This document shows, in pieces, positions 47,920-58,711 of a stretch of DNA of 64,000 nt. The notes beneath the pieces are model-generated. The model was given only the letters and a program-made list of their open reading frames with translations, did not search any database and was not told where the DNA came from. The first letter of the stretch is position 1; every line of letters starts with the position of its first letter. The stretch is taken from contig CBDFGR010000003.1 in the NCBI GenBank assembly GCA_965247115.1, positions 800,001 through 864,000 of the forward strand. Reading direction: 5' to 3'. Source of the DNA: Myxococcota bacterium (GTDB lineage: Bacteria; Myxococcota_A; UBA9160; SZUA-336). The translations under genes were made by a program, and so were the position numbers.

Positions 47920-49407
47920 CTACGCCGCGAAGAAGCGCGCCACCTTGTCGAAAATCGTGTAACCGGCGAAGCCAATGTACATCGCGGAGGCTATAAGCAT
48001 GAAGCAAATGTTGATCACACCGGGCCGTGCCGACCTGGGCAGATACTTCAAGTTCATATACAACAGCAACGGCACATAGACAGCCATGGCAAAGCCGCCG
48101 ATAAGCGCCGAAATGAAGAGGAAATCCAGTCCGGAGGTGCCATATTTCTCGAAGTACCAGACGCTAGCGGTGCCGATAATCATCGTGCTGCTCACCAGGA
48201 TTAGGTACCACTGCTCAAGTCTGAACCACCGGCCAAACTTGAAGTTCGTGTGAAGCAAATCGGCGAAAATACGGCTCCCGCCATCCACCCCTCCTAGCTG
48301 CGAACTGAACAACGCCGCCATGCCGACAATGAGGAACAGATAGCGACCCTTCACACCCATGCTGTCCTCAAGCATGCCCGCCAGGTCCCATACCAGACTC
48401 CCCTGACTGGGCACCTGGCCAGTCGGGTGCAGCACGGCCAACGCGCCGAAGATGAACAAGAACATGGTGAAACTGCCCAGGAGCCAGAAGAAATAGATCT
48501 GATCGATCTTGACGAACCGCATCCAGTCCTTGAATCGCCGCTGATTCTCCTCCGTATCCGGATACAAATAGCCCGAGTCAATTTCCTTTGTCTCGTGCTT
48601 ATGAGCCACGCTCATGAGAGACGGCATGCGCGCGCCCATGCCGACGCGTTTTTCCCGAAGGTAGTAGGCGTAAAATAAGTTCCCGAGACCGCCCAGTCCG
48701 GCGAACACGACCGCCCCGAAAAATCGGCCGAAGGTCAGCTGATCGCGCACCGTCCCGTCTTCCGCCAGGACATCGACCGGAAAATCGGGGAAGTGGCCCA
48801 CATTCAGCAGGCCTTCCCACATCGCGACGAAGATGTCTTTCGATGCAAGCTCCCAGACGAGATAGACGAGGCCCACCACAATGATCAGAATGAGAAACAT
48901 GATGCAGCGCTCGACGGCGGTATAGACGACCTTCGGACCGAAGAGGATGGCTCCAATGATCATGAAAACGATCGCGGTCCACAGCCACTCGGGGCTCGTA
49001 TTCTCTACCCCGAACAGGAGACCCCGCAGTGCTACCCCAGTTTCTCGAGCCCAGCCCGGGAGAAACTTGCCCACGAAGACCATCGCGACCCACATATAGA
49101 CGATCAACTTGAGGGCGCGAACCATGCCGGTAAACGGACTCTCCCCCGTAACGACGGCCCAGCGCCCGACCTCGATGTTGATCCACAACTGCAAAAAAAT
49201 GCCGATCGCCGCTGCCCATAGCAGTTCGGCGCCAACGATGGACGTGATCCATGGCCACATGATCAACTCGCCCGAACCGATGGCGATACCGGCCATCACG
49301 ATGCCCGGGCCCATCATCTTGAGGACGGGCGTCTCGCGTCTGGGTAGGTCCGCTTCCTTCAGCGGTGGAACCGGTACGGGCAATGCGGCAATCCTTCGGT
49401 CACTCAA
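47920..49407 (-). CDS. Nramp-like divalent cation transporter
   Basis: GPGIVMAGIAIGSGELIMWP; about 11 TM segments. Confidence 0.82.
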   Translation of the reverse strand: MSDRRIAALPVPVPPLKEADLPRRETPVLKMMGPGIVMAGIAIGSGELIMWPWITSIVGAELLWAAAIGIFLQLWINIEVGRWAVVTGESPFTGMVRALKLIVYMWVAMVFVGKFLPGWARETGVALRGLLFGVENTSPEWLWTAIVFMIIGAILFGPKVVYTAVERCIMFLILIIVVGLVYLVWELASKDIFVAMWEGLLNVGHFPDFPVDVLAEDGTVRDQLTFGRFFGAVVFAGLGGLGNLFYAYYLREKRVGMGARMPSLMSVAHKHETKEIDSGYLYPDTEENQRRFKDWMRFVKIDQIYFFWLLGSFTMFLFIFGALAVLHPTGQVPSQGSLVWDLAGMLEDSMGVKGRYLFLIVGMAALFSSQLGGVDGGSRIFADLLHTNFKFGRWFRLEQWYLILVSSTMIIGTASVWYFEKYGTSGLDFLFISALIGGFAMAVYVPLLLYMNLKYLPRSARPGVINICFMLIASAMYIGFAGYTIFDKVARFFAA

Positions 49408-49515
49408 TCCTATATCATTGCACCGTCACCGGCGCGTCCACGCCACGCACCCTCTCGAAGGACGACCTACAGGATCTTTGATGCCTGATCGAAAATTTGA
49501 CTACGAGGATTTACC

Positions 49516-50586
49516 ATGAACGAGATCGCCCCACTTTTGCCAGGAAGACTCGGTAACCCCAATGAAACACTGGAGACGGATGGCCGAGCGCACCCGAAAA
49601 TCATCGAAGCGGTCGCCGCGGTTGGTGGATTCGGGGAAGGCATAGCCCAGATCGGCCCGAATGCTTCGTACGAGGAATGTCTCGCCTATTGTCTGGCGTT
49701 CGAGCAAGTCTCGGCACAGAAAGACCCAGAGCTTCTCGCGAACCTGCCCGTCCTGGAGTCAGTATCGACGACCAGCGAAGTGATCCCGCGGCCCGATGGG
49801 TACGACATACACCTCTATATCCACAAGCCGAAGCAAAGTGATGGCCCCATACCATGTATTGTTCACACCCATGGCGGTGGCATGGTCCTGATGGGCGCAA
49901 CCGACCCGATGTTCATTCGATTCCGAGACAGCCTTGCGGCCACCGGAATGGTAGTTGTCGGCGTGGAATTTCGAAACGGTGGTGGTCGACTGGGCAATCA
50001 TCCTTATCCTGCTGGGTTGAATGATTGTTCCGCTGCAGCTCAGTGGGTATTCGCGAACAAGGAGCAGTTAGGCATTTCGTCGGTGGTCATCTCCGGCGAG
50101 TCCGGCGGTGGAAACCTCGCAATCGCAACAACACTAAAAGCCAAGCACGAGGGGTGGGTGGACCAGATCGATGGTGTGTATGCCATGTGCCCGTACATAT
50201 CCGGCGCGTACGCGAATCCACCCGCAGAGCTTTTGTCCCTGTACGAGAATGATGGCTATATGATGGACTGCGCAATGATGGCCACACTCGTCAAGGTCTA
50301 CGATCCAACTGGTGCCAACAGCACAAACCCCCTTGCATGGCCTTATCACGCCAAGATCAGCGAACTCGAAGGCCTGCCGCCGCATGTGATATCTGTCAAT
50401 GAATTGGATCCCCTGCGCGACGAGGGCCTTGTCTACTACCGGAAGCTTCTTGCCGCTGGCGTGCCCGCCGTCGGGCGAACGGTACATGGCACGCCTCACG
50501 CCGGAGACCAGGGCTTTCCTGACGTGACGCCAGAGATTTATGACGACACTGTCAGATCAATCTGCGGCTTTGCGAATTCGCTGTAG
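49516..50586 (+). CDS. Alpha/beta hydrolase (HSL-type esterase)
   Basis: HGGG, GESGGG, DPLRDEG, H. Confidence 0.93.
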   Translation: MNEIAPLLPGRLGNPNETLETDGRAHPKIIEAVAAVGGFGEGIAQIGPNASYEECLAYCLAFEQVSAQKDPELLANLPVLESVSTTSEVIPRPDGYDIHLYIHKPKQSDGPIPCIVHTHGGGMVLMGATDPMFIRFRDSLAATGMVVVGVEFRNGGGRLGNHPYPAGLNDCSAAAQWVFANKEQLGISSVVISGESGGGNLAIATTLKAKHEGWVDQIDGVYAMCPYISGAYANPPAELLSLYENDGYMMDCAMMATLVKVYDPTGANSTNPLAWPYHAKISELEGLPPHVISVNELDPLRDEGLVYYRKLLAAGVPAVGRTVHGTPHAGDQGFPDVTPEIYDDTVRSICGFANSL

Positions 50587-50625
50587 CCGCTACAAACAAT
50601 TGGCCGACCAAGAGAGAGCAGGATC

Positions 50626-50809
50626 ATGTCCAACAACGATGTCGAATCAAAAACGCGAGAGCTTTACTCTGGAGTTTACGGTCGCGAGCGTCTTCACGTT
50701 CCGGGATGACAGGCTTGTCGACTACTTCGTGATCGCCGGAGCCCTCGAGGCAGCCGCGCAGATGGGTGTGAAGCTGGAGCTGCCAACAACTGAGACGGCC
50801 TCCACGTAG
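50626..50809 (+). pseudogene. Probable internally deleted SnoaL/ester-cyclase-like remnant
   Basis: MSNNDVESKTRELY N-terminus joined out of frame to the VFTFRDDRLVDYF...AQMG C-terminus. Confidence 0.45.
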
Positions 50810-50860
50810 ACGCCCCGCGGCCCAGGCCCCGATGCAACGGCGAAGGCGACGTCGCTCGGC

Positions 50861-52963
50861 TCAGGGGAGACCCAGCGCCACCCACTCAGCCGAGTGTTCC
50901 TCGCTCCCGATGGCAACGACGATGTACTGCTTGCCGTCCCACAGGTAGCTCATCGGCGCTCCCGTGGTCCCCGCTGCCAGCGCGGTCTCCCAGAGAATCT
51001 TGCCCGAGGCCTTGTCGTAGGCGCGAAACTTGTTTCCCCCACCGCCTTTAGGCGTCCCGAAGATAATCGGATCCCCCTCGCCGATGAAGAGCAGCGTCTT
51101 CGTGAGAAGAGGAGCCGCCCGGCCTTGCTGCCCCAGGGGCGGAAGATTCAGGTGTTGCAACCGCGGGTGATTGCGCGGCCCTTCTCCGTTGGGGGCCATC
51201 CACACGTGCTCGCCCGTATTCACATCGATCGCCGTAATTCGCCCATAGGGCGGCTTGAACAGCGGCAGGCCTTCAGGGCCGTAGATATCGTACTGATCAC
51301 AGCACTCGGTCGCGGCGAGCGGCGGCCCCTCTGGCCCGTGGGTGTACGGCGACGATGCCTCGACCAACGCCGGGGGCCTGACGAGATCGTTCACATACGG
51401 GTTCGTGTGCGAGGCAACATAGAAGATCCCCGTCTCGGGATCGAACGCCCCACCGTTCCAGTTCCCGGCACCAAACGCCCCCGGAACGCTGACCGTACCC
51501 TGGGTATGCCCCGGAGCCGCCACCGACGGCGGCGTGAATAGCGGCCCGAGCACATAGGGCTTGACGATCTCGAGCGCCTCGGCACGCAGCTCCGGCGTGA
51601 AGTCGATCAGATCGTCGACGCTCGCCCCCTGCCGGTCGAACGGAGCCGGCTTGGTCGGGAAAGGCTGTGTCGGCCACGCAATCTCGCCCGGCGTCGTCGA
51701 CGCCGGCACCGGCCGCTCTTCAATCGGCCACACCGGCTCACCCGTCACGCGGTCGAACACGAACAGAAAGCCGTGCTTGGTGGTCTGCATCACCGCCTTG
51801 ATCTGCTTCCCATCGACGGTGATGTCGCCGAGCACCGGCGCCGCCGGCAGGTCGTAGTCCCACAGATCATGGTGCACGAGCTGGTAGTGCCACACACGCT
51901 CGCCGGTCTTGGCGTCGATGCACACGAGGCTATTGCCGAAGAGATTCTGCCCCGGCCGGTCGCCACCGTAGAAGGCGTGCATGGGGGACGACATTGGCAG
52001 ATAGATGTAGCCCAGCTCCTCATCGACGGTGAGGGGCGGCCAGGCGCCTATAGCCGCGCCGATCTTCCATGAGTCGTCTTCCCATGTCTCGCTCCCGAAT
52101 TCCCCTGGCCGCGGCACTACATGGAAGGTCCAGCGCAGACGGCCGGTTCGCACGTCATAGCCCCGGACATCCTCCACATCCCCCTCTTGGTACACTGAAA
52201 AATCGTCGCCGCCGCCACCACCAACGATGACCACGTCGCCCACCACGATGGGGCCAGACGTCCCGCCGGAGCGAAAAAACGGACTATTAGGCCCCTCGCT
52301 CTCCCTCGTCAGATCCACCTTCCCGTCGTCGCCAAAGTCTCGAACCAAGCTCCCTGTCTCTGTGCTCACCGACACGAGATAGTCGCCTCGCACCGAAAAG
52401 ATCCGCTGGCTCGAATCGCCGCGCCAGTGAGCAACCCCGCGCGCGCCTCGCCCCGCCACGCCCTGGAATCCCTCGTGGATCGCCTCTTGAACCCAGAGCG
52501 TCTCACCGGTCCCGGGATCGAACGCCTCTACCAACCCGACGCTGTTCGATGCGTAGAGCACCCCGCCAATCATGAGCGGCGTCGACTGGAGATAGTTGTG
52601 TGGGTTCAGGTCAGGGAACGCCTCGGTGATCTGAGGATCGACCCCTGGCCGGCGCCAGAGAACGCGAAGATCGCCGACGTTGTCATGATCGATCTGCTCC
52701 AGCTGGATGTACTTCGTGTTCGCCTTGTCGCTTGCGTAGCTGCTCCATTCCCCATGTATCGCCGACAGCTGGGCATGGGCCACGTCCGCCTGTGCGACGA
52801 GGAGGCCCACGCAGAGCCCCCCAAGCAGGAGTCGTCGAATCCGTTTCTCAGCAGGGTTTGCTCCGATCACGTCAGCGTCCATATCGCTCTCCTCCCGGGT
52901 ATTTCTGGTCTGCTCGTCAGGACAACAGATAGGAGTGTATGAGGGTTTCTCGGGTTCTGACAA
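50861..52963 (-). CDS. PQQ-dependent dehydrogenase (glucose/quinate family)
   Basis: QLVHHDLWDYDLP, GNWNGGAFDPETG, KPPYGRITAID, PMSY..GKQY. Confidence 0.93.
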   Translation of the reverse strand: MSEPEKPSYTPICCPDEQTRNTREESDMDADVIGANPAEKRIRRLLLGGLCVGLLVAQADVAHAQLSAIHGEWSSYASDKANTKYIQLEQIDHDNVGDLRVLWRRPGVDPQITEAFPDLNPHNYLQSTPLMIGGVLYASNSVGLVEAFDPGTGETLWVQEAIHEGFQGVAGRGARGVAHWRGDSSQRIFSVRGDYLVSVSTETGSLVRDFGDDGKVDLTRESEGPNSPFFRSGGTSGPIVVGDVVIVGGGGGDDFSVYQEGDVEDVRGYDVRTGRLRWTFHVVPRPGEFGSETWEDDSWKIGAAIGAWPPLTVDEELGYIYLPMSSPMHAFYGGDRPGQNLFGNSLVCIDAKTGERVWHYQLVHHDLWDYDLPAAPVLGDITVDGKQIKAVMQTTKHGFLFVFDRVTGEPVWPIEERPVPASTTPGEIAWPTQPFPTKPAPFDRQGASVDDLIDFTPELRAEALEIVKPYVLGPLFTPPSVAAPGHTQGTVSVPGAFGAGNWNGGAFDPETGIFYVASHTNPYVNDLVRPPALVEASSPYTHGPEGPPLAATECCDQYDIYGPEGLPLFKPPYGRITAIDVNTGEHVWMAPNGEGPRNHPRLQHLNLPPLGQQGRAAPLLTKTLLFIGEGDPIIFGTPKGGGGNKFRAYDKASGKILWETALAAGTTGAPMSYLWDGKQYIVVAIGSEEHSAEWVALGLP

Positions 52964-52990
52964 GCATCGTAAATCGGACGGGCGTCTACC

Positions 52991-53326
52991 CTACGCGTCG
53001 ATCGGCTCGAAGAACCGGAAGCTGGGTTCGCCCTCTAGCATCTCCTCGAACTCTGCGAGCTCTCCGGTATCCTCCCCGCTTCCGAGGCGTGGTCGCTCGC
53101 CTTCGAGTAGCACCCCACTCGCGGCCAGGTACTTCTCGTAGTGCGCCTTGGAGTCCCAGAGCTCGACGATGACGAGGGTCTGGCCATCCTCATTGAGGTA
53201 GGGCGTCAGCGACTGACAGCCATCGAAAGTGAGCGTCTCAGGCAGGCTCTTGGCGAGATACTCCGTCATCTGACCGAGAGCATCGCGCTTCAGCTTCGCC
53301 TCTAGCATCATCAAAGTAGCAGGCAT
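52991..53326 (-). CDS. Antibiotic biosynthesis monooxygenase (ABM) family protein
   Basis: LPETLTFDGC, VELWDSKAHYEKY. Confidence 0.8.
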   Translation of the reverse strand: MPATLMMLEAKLKRDALGQMTEYLAKSLPETLTFDGCQSLTPYLNEDGQTLVIVELWDSKAHYEKYLAASGVLLEGERPRLGSGEDTGELAEFEEMLEGEPSFRFFEPIDA

Positions 53327-53527
53327 CCTTCCTCTCCTCTCGAGACGCTGGGCCCGACTCGATTCTGAACGCTGCGGCTCAAAGTCGTCAACTCTCCCTG
53401 CCATATGCCCGGGTCCGAGACGGGTAGGCGGGGGCGCTTCGGGGCCGGAGCGTACCTTCGATCCCGTCCCGCGACGTCGAGCGCGACCAGCTGGTAGGCT
53501 GACTGCTGTCGGAGAAGGAGCGCAACG

Positions 53528-55072
53528 ATGACGACGGCGGAGTCCGAGGATCGACCGATCGCCGAGACGCCACTCGGGCGAATCCGGGGGCACGAGCGCG
53601 ATGGCTGTTGCGAATTCCGGGGTATCCGCTTCGCCAGGGCGCCCGTGGGAGATCTGCGCTTCCGGCCCCCGGTGCCAGTCGACCCATGGTCCGACGTCTA
53701 CGACGCGACCCGGTTTGGTCCCTCGGCTCCTCAGCCGCTCATGTTCCAGCCGGACGACCCCTTGCCGCTGCCCGTCGAGCCCACGGATGAGGACTGCCTG
53801 TTCCTCAACGTGTATACACCCGCGGTGGATGGAGCGCAGCGCCCTGTTCTGTTCTGGATCCATGGCGGGGGCTACGTGGTGGGTTCCGGGCGCGTGTACG
53901 ACGGGAGGGTCTTCGCGCGCGAGCACGACGTGGTTGTAGTCACCGTCAACTACCGGATGGGGCCTCTCGGCTTCATGCATGTGGGGCACCTCGATCCCGA
54001 GCTCAGCGAGTCGGTGAATACCGGCATCCTGGACCAGATCTGCGCGCTCGAGTGGACCCGCGACAACATCGGCGCTTTCGGCGGCGACCCGCACAACGTG
54101 CTGATCTTCGGGGAGTCGGCCGGGGGGACGTCCACCGCCATGCTCCTGGGCTGCCCGAGCGCCGAGGGGCTCTTCCACAAGGCCGTCGTTCACAGCCCGC
54201 ACGTCGACCTGATCCCCGTAGGACGCGGGCACGTCGACTTTACAAACGACCTGATTCGCCGGCTCGGCGGGGACCCGGCCCGTGACGGCCTTGACACTTT
54301 GCGCCGGGCGAGCGTCGAGGAACTGATCGCGCTGTTCGCCCTGGAGGAACCGAGCGCCGTCCCGGAGCCCAACTTGGCGGTTCGGCGCCAGGACAACGTG
54401 ACCTACTCACCGGCGATCGATGGGAACCTGATCCCGGCGGCCGTTGCGGACACCGTCCGGGAGCGAGGGGAGCGCAACGTCCCGTTCTTGGGGGGCGGCT
54501 GCCGCCACGAGGGCACGCTGTTCCCGCAGATCCTGGGCACGAGCGACTTCAGCGCCGGCGAGGCGGGCGCACTCTTCGAGCGCGAGGGTGTCAACGGAGC
54601 GCGCGCGTTGGAGGTCTACGAGAAGTTTGCGCCGGGCTCGACGCCGCGCGAGAAGCTGGTCTACGCGCTGACGGACACGATGTTCCGCAACTCCATGGTG
54701 CGTATCCTGGACGCTGCCGCCGAATCCGGCGGTCGCTGCTGGTCGTGGCTTTGCACCTGGGAGACCGACCACGCGGGTGGTGAGCTCCGCGCATCGCACG
54801 CCATGGAGCTTCCGTTCCTGTGGGACTGGGCGAACAACCCGGATGCGGGTCCGCTCAGCGCGTACGCTGGGTCCAACGCGCCGAAAGAGCTGGGGCGAGC
54901 GATGCGCGAGTACTGGGTCCGGTTCGCCCGCACGGGAACGCCGTCGGCGGCCGGCGAGCCCGAGTGGCCCCAGTATTCGGTACCGGAGCGGCCAGTCCTG
55001 ATCCTCGACGCCGAGCGCCGCGTCGAGCAGAGCTTCGACGACGAGGTCCGCGAGCTCTGGTTCACGACCTAG
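53528..55072 (+). CDS. Type B carboxylesterase
   Basis: EDCLFLNV, WIHGGG, FGESAG, H in ASHAME. Confidence 0.95.
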   Translation: MTTAESEDRPIAETPLGRIRGHERDGCCEFRGIRFARAPVGDLRFRPPVPVDPWSDVYDATRFGPSAPQPLMFQPDDPLPLPVEPTDEDCLFLNVYTPAVDGAQRPVLFWIHGGGYVVGSGRVYDGRVFAREHDVVVVTVNYRMGPLGFMHVGHLDPELSESVNTGILDQICALEWTRDNIGAFGGDPHNVLIFGESAGGTSTAMLLGCPSAEGLFHKAVVHSPHVDLIPVGRGHVDFTNDLIRRLGGDPARDGLDTLRRASVEELIALFALEEPSAVPEPNLAVRRQDNVTYSPAIDGNLIPAAVADTVRERGERNVPFLGGGCRHEGTLFPQILGTSDFSAGEAGALFEREGVNGARALEVYEKFAPGSTPREKLVYALTDTMFRNSMVRILDAAAESGGRCWSWLCTWETDHAGGELRASHAMELPFLWDWANNPDAGPLSAYAGSNAPKELGRAMREYWVRFARTGTPSAAGEPEWPQYSVPERPVLILDAERRVEQSFDDEVRELWFTT

Positions 55073-55090
55073 GCCAGGAAACGTGCGGCG

Positions 55091-55514
55091 TCAGAGGCGA
55101 TGTTTCGCCCACTCGAGCCCGCGTCGCAGGAGCTCGTAGAAAACCGGGTTGTCCCACGAACCGCGCACCACTTCCGTCTCGTCCCGAACCGGCTGCATGT
55201 CGTACTTCCCGCAGCAGTGCCCGAGGGTGAGATAGAAGACCTCGCCCGCTCCTACGCGGTGCGTGTAGCCGACGAGACGCGCCTGGTCGTCGGGCCAGTC
55301 GTTCTCGATATAACCCCCGTCGAATTTTCCGGTAAAGCGAGTCTCCAAGAGTGGCGTGATGTCGCCCAGGTATTCGCACAAGTAGAGCTCGTCAGTTGCC
55401 TCGAACGGCTCGATGCCCCGCACGAGCGGGCCAGAGCCTACTTCAGGCGCCGCGCCGGCTCGAAACCAAACGGGAAATCGATTTACCTCCCCATATGATG
55501 GTGGTAGCGCTCAT
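55091..55514 (-). pseudogene. ThuA-like protein remnant (C-terminal 110 aa plus a short out-of-frame N-terminus)
   Basis: FEATDELY and GEVFYLTLGH motifs; SD-led MSATTIIWGGK start at 55514 stops early. Confidence 0.6.
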
Positions 55515-55573
55515 GGGTCCGCCTCCCGTGACCACCGCCAGCTTTCCAGGAAAGTCCTCCATCGGTGCCTCCC

Positions 55574-56785
55574 TCAGTCCTTGTGGTAGAAGGCCTCGCG
55601 CTCGCGGGAGGCCTTGACGATCGGGATCTCGTCGTCTGACAGGGCGGGCATCAAGCGCTTGCGGCCGAGCGCCTTCTCAATGTACGGGGCAAGCTCCTCT
55701 GCCTTGCGCGCCTCGCGCTCCTCGCGCCTCTCGACGAACTCCGGGAGGACCTCCTTTCCGAACAGATCGAGACTCTCGCAGATGTCCTCGTGGCGGTTTT
55801 TCCCTGCCTGCTGGAGGAAGATGATCTGGTCCACGCCAACCTCGTCGAAGCTCTTGACCAGTTCGGTGTACTCGGCTGGCGTTCCGATGCCTGGAGACGC
55901 AATCGTGGGGAGGTCGCGGTCGCGCAGCTCCAGGTACTCATCCCAGAGCGAGCTGCGGCCGGGCCTGGTGTCGTTCGCCACCAGCGCGTTGATCGCGTAC
56001 CGGAAGAAGGCGAAGCCGTCCATCCCCCTCCGCCGCGCCTCCTCCGCGTTCGGGTGCAGCGTGAACCCTGCCACGATCGCGATGTTCGCGTTGACGCTGT
56101 GGCCAAGCGGCACACACTCGTCGGACTTGATGATCGAGTAGTACGTGTCCGCCCACGTGCGCGCCTCTTTCTCATCGACGAACGTGAACGCCAGCGCACC
56201 GAGGCCGTTCCTGGCCGCGGTCTCGATGGTCCGGCGGTTCGTGCACGCCAGCCACATGGGCGGGTGCGGCTTCTGGTATGGCTTCGGCAGCACGTTCCGG
56301 CAGGGCATCGAGAAGCCCTCGCCCTCGAAGCCAGGGTACGGCTCCATCACCATCATGTTCGCGATCTGCTCGGCGGCCTCGAGCGAGAGTGCCTGCTTGC
56401 GCCTGGCCGGAATACCGTAGCCGTGGAGCTCGAGCCGGGTCGCGCCCTCGCCGATGCCGAATTCGACGCGACCGTTCGAGACCAGGTCCAGCATCGACAC
56501 CGCCTCGGCCGTCCGCGAGGGGTGGTTGTAGTTCGGGATGACCTGGCGGATGCCGAAGCCGACGCGGATCCGCTCGGTCTTCGCCGCGAGCGCGGTGAGG
56601 AACACTTCGGACGCGGAGCAGTGCGAGTACTCGTCGAGGAAGTGGTGCTCTACGGACCAGGCGTAGTCGACTCCGATCCGGTCGGCCAGCTGAACCTGCT
56701 CAATGGAATCCTGGATCAGCCGGTGCTCGGACCCCTCATCCCAGGGCTTGGGTACCTGCAGCTCGTAGAACACCCCGAATCGCAT
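55574..56785 (-). CDS. LLM class flavin-dependent oxidoreductase
   Basis: MRFGVFYE, VEHHF, LDLVSNGRVEFG, PKPYQKPHPP. Confidence 0.95.
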   Translation of the reverse strand: MRFGVFYELQVPKPWDEGSEHRLIQDSIEQVQLADRIGVDYAWSVEHHFLDEYSHCSASEVFLTALAAKTERIRVGFGIRQVIPNYNHPSRTAEAVSMLDLVSNGRVEFGIGEGATRLELHGYGIPARRKQALSLEAAEQIANMMVMEPYPGFEGEGFSMPCRNVLPKPYQKPHPPMWLACTNRRTIETAARNGLGALAFTFVDEKEARTWADTYYSIIKSDECVPLGHSVNANIAIVAGFTLHPNAEEARRRGMDGFAFFRYAINALVANDTRPGRSSLWDEYLELRDRDLPTIASPGIGTPAEYTELVKSFDEVGVDQIIFLQQAGKNRHEDICESLDLFGKEVLPEFVERREEREARKAEELAPYIEKALGRKRLMPALSDDEIPIVKASREREAFYHKD

Positions 56786-56842
56786 CGCATTCTCCCCTCG
56801 AGTTTGTGCAAGGAGCCATCATCGCACACCCGCCGGTCTCAC

Positions 56843-57310
56843 CTAGTCTGCTTTGGCCCGCGGGGCCCATCCCTCCTCGTACGGTGCACGCATGCGACCG
56901 AAGGCCCGCAGGTGCTTGAATTTCCACGTGCCGTCAGCTTTCACGTAGTCATCTTCGTAGCGGGCTCCAAGCCAGTGCTGGCGATTGCCCTTGCGGTAGG
57001 TGAATGGACCGAGGAAGTACCAGATAGCGTGCGCTGTGTCGCCCCTCACCGTGATGCGCGGATTGAAAACGTTGTGCTGCGAGAAACTGATCCGTTCAGC
57101 GAAGCTCTTGAACAGCTTCCGGATTTCCTCATGCCCCTGCGCACGGGCAATCCCTTCTCCTTCCCAAATGCCGGCGTCGGAGAAAATCTTCACGATCCGG
57201 TCTTGATTGTGGTCGTCATCGCAAATGTCGCAGTATTCGGCTTTCAACTGCTTGATCGCCTCGATGTCCTGCAGGACCATCAGCTGTTTTGCGATCTCAC
57301 CGCTGTCCAT
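56843..57310 (-). CDS. SnoaL/NTF2-like protein
   Basis: DIEAIKQLKAEYC, RYEDDYVKADGTWKF. Confidence 0.9.
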   Translation of the reverse strand: MDSGEIAKQLMVLQDIEAIKQLKAEYCDICDDDHNQDRIVKIFSDAGIWEGEGIARAQGHEEIRKLFKSFAERISFSQHNVFNPRITVRGDTAHAIWYFLGPFTYRKGNRQHWLGARYEDDYVKADGTWKFKHLRAFGRMRAPYEEGWAPRAKAD

Positions 57311-57533
57311 GTGCGCAGCCTCCTCTTCGTTCCCCAATTGTATGCTACGGATCACTGTGGATGAGGAGCTGGGCTGCATCTATCTGCCCCTGTCGTGCCA
57401 TCGGGGGCGTGGATCACCCCGCTGAGTGGGTGGCTCTGGGTCTTCCCTGATACGTCGAACGGCTTGTGGCGTCGTCGAGCGCGGGACTAGACTTGCGACT
57501 GGCTTCCAGTCAGCAACCAAGGGAGGAACTGGA

Positions 57534-58673
57534 ATGAGCGAGGCGCGCGTTCTCCAGGCTGATCAGATCGTCTACTCGGCAGATTCCCACGTGGTCGAGC
57601 CACGCGATCTGTGGACGAACTACATCGATCCGGGCTTCCGCGATCGCGCCCCTCACATCGAGACCTCCATCACGCGCGAGGACGGCAGCGAGGCGGAGGG
57701 AGAGTTCATGGTGTGCGAGGGCATCAGGCCTCAGCCCATCGCGAGCTTCGCCGCGGCCGACGTCTCCGATCCCCGCGAGCGCAGCAAGGCGAACCAGCGG
57801 GGCTACGCGGAGATCCGCCAGGGAGGCTGGGACCCGACAGCGCGCAGGAGAGACCAGGACGTGGACGGCGTGAGCCTCGAGATCGTCTACCCGAGCATGG
57901 CGATGCCCATGTTCGGGATCTCCGACGTACCCTACCAGCAGGCGGTCTTTCGCGCGTACAACTCGTGGGTGGCCGACTTCCAGGCAGAGCTGCCCGGCCG
58001 ACTCTTTGGCATCGCCATGATCAGCCTGGAAGATATTGCGGCGGGCATCGCGGAGCTCGAGCGCACCCGCGCGCTTGGACTGCGCGGCGCCATGATCTGG
58101 AACGACCCCGGTCAAGGCCGCAACTATGGCGACCTCGAGTTCGATCCCTTCTGGGCAGCGGCTGCCGACCTCGGCATGCCGATCAGCCTCCATATCCTGA
58201 CCGGAAGGGAGGGCACCGGGCTAGGGAGCGGCCCATTCCTGATGGGCTACATGGCCCTCCCCCACGCAGCGCAGCAGTCCCTCACCGCGATGCTGACGCT
58301 CGGCGTCTTCGCCCGGCACCCGGAGCTCAAGGTGGTCTCGGTCGAGAACGACATCGGCTGGATCGGCCACTTCCTCTACAGGCTGAAGCACGCCTTCGAA
58401 CAGTTCCGGTACATGCTCGACTACAACGACCCGCTCTCGCCGCTGGATTACTTCGAGCAGAACTGCTTCGCGACCTTCCAGGACGACCCAGTGGGCGTGA
58501 GCGCAGTCGACTTCACGGGCGCGGATCAACTGATGTGGGCCTCCGACTACCCGCACGGCGACTCGACCTGGCCCAATAGCAGGAAGACGATCGAGCACAC
58601 CTTCAACAGCGTCGGTCCGGAGATCGTCCGCAAGATCACCCACGACAACGTCGCACGCCTCTACGACCTGTAG
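57534..58673 (+). CDS. Amidohydrolase family 2 protein
   Basis: SADSHVVEP, ISLH, MWASDYPHGDSTWP. Confidence 0.93.
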   Translation: MSEARVLQADQIVYSADSHVVEPRDLWTNYIDPGFRDRAPHIETSITREDGSEAEGEFMVCEGIRPQPIASFAAADVSDPRERSKANQRGYAEIRQGGWDPTARRRDQDVDGVSLEIVYPSMAMPMFGISDVPYQQAVFRAYNSWVADFQAELPGRLFGIAMISLEDIAAGIAELERTRALGLRGAMIWNDPGQGRNYGDLEFDPFWAAAADLGMPISLHILTGREGTGLGSGPFLMGYMALPHAAQQSLTAMLTLGVFARHPELKVVSVENDIGWIGHFLYRLKHAFEQFRYMLDYNDPLSPLDYFEQNCFATFQDDPVGVSAVDFTGADQLMWASDYPHGDSTWPNSRKTIEHTFNSVGPEIVRKITHDNVARLYDL

Positions 58674-58711
58674 AGGGCACCCAGAATCCTGCTTCTATTC
58701 ACGGGAGCCGC

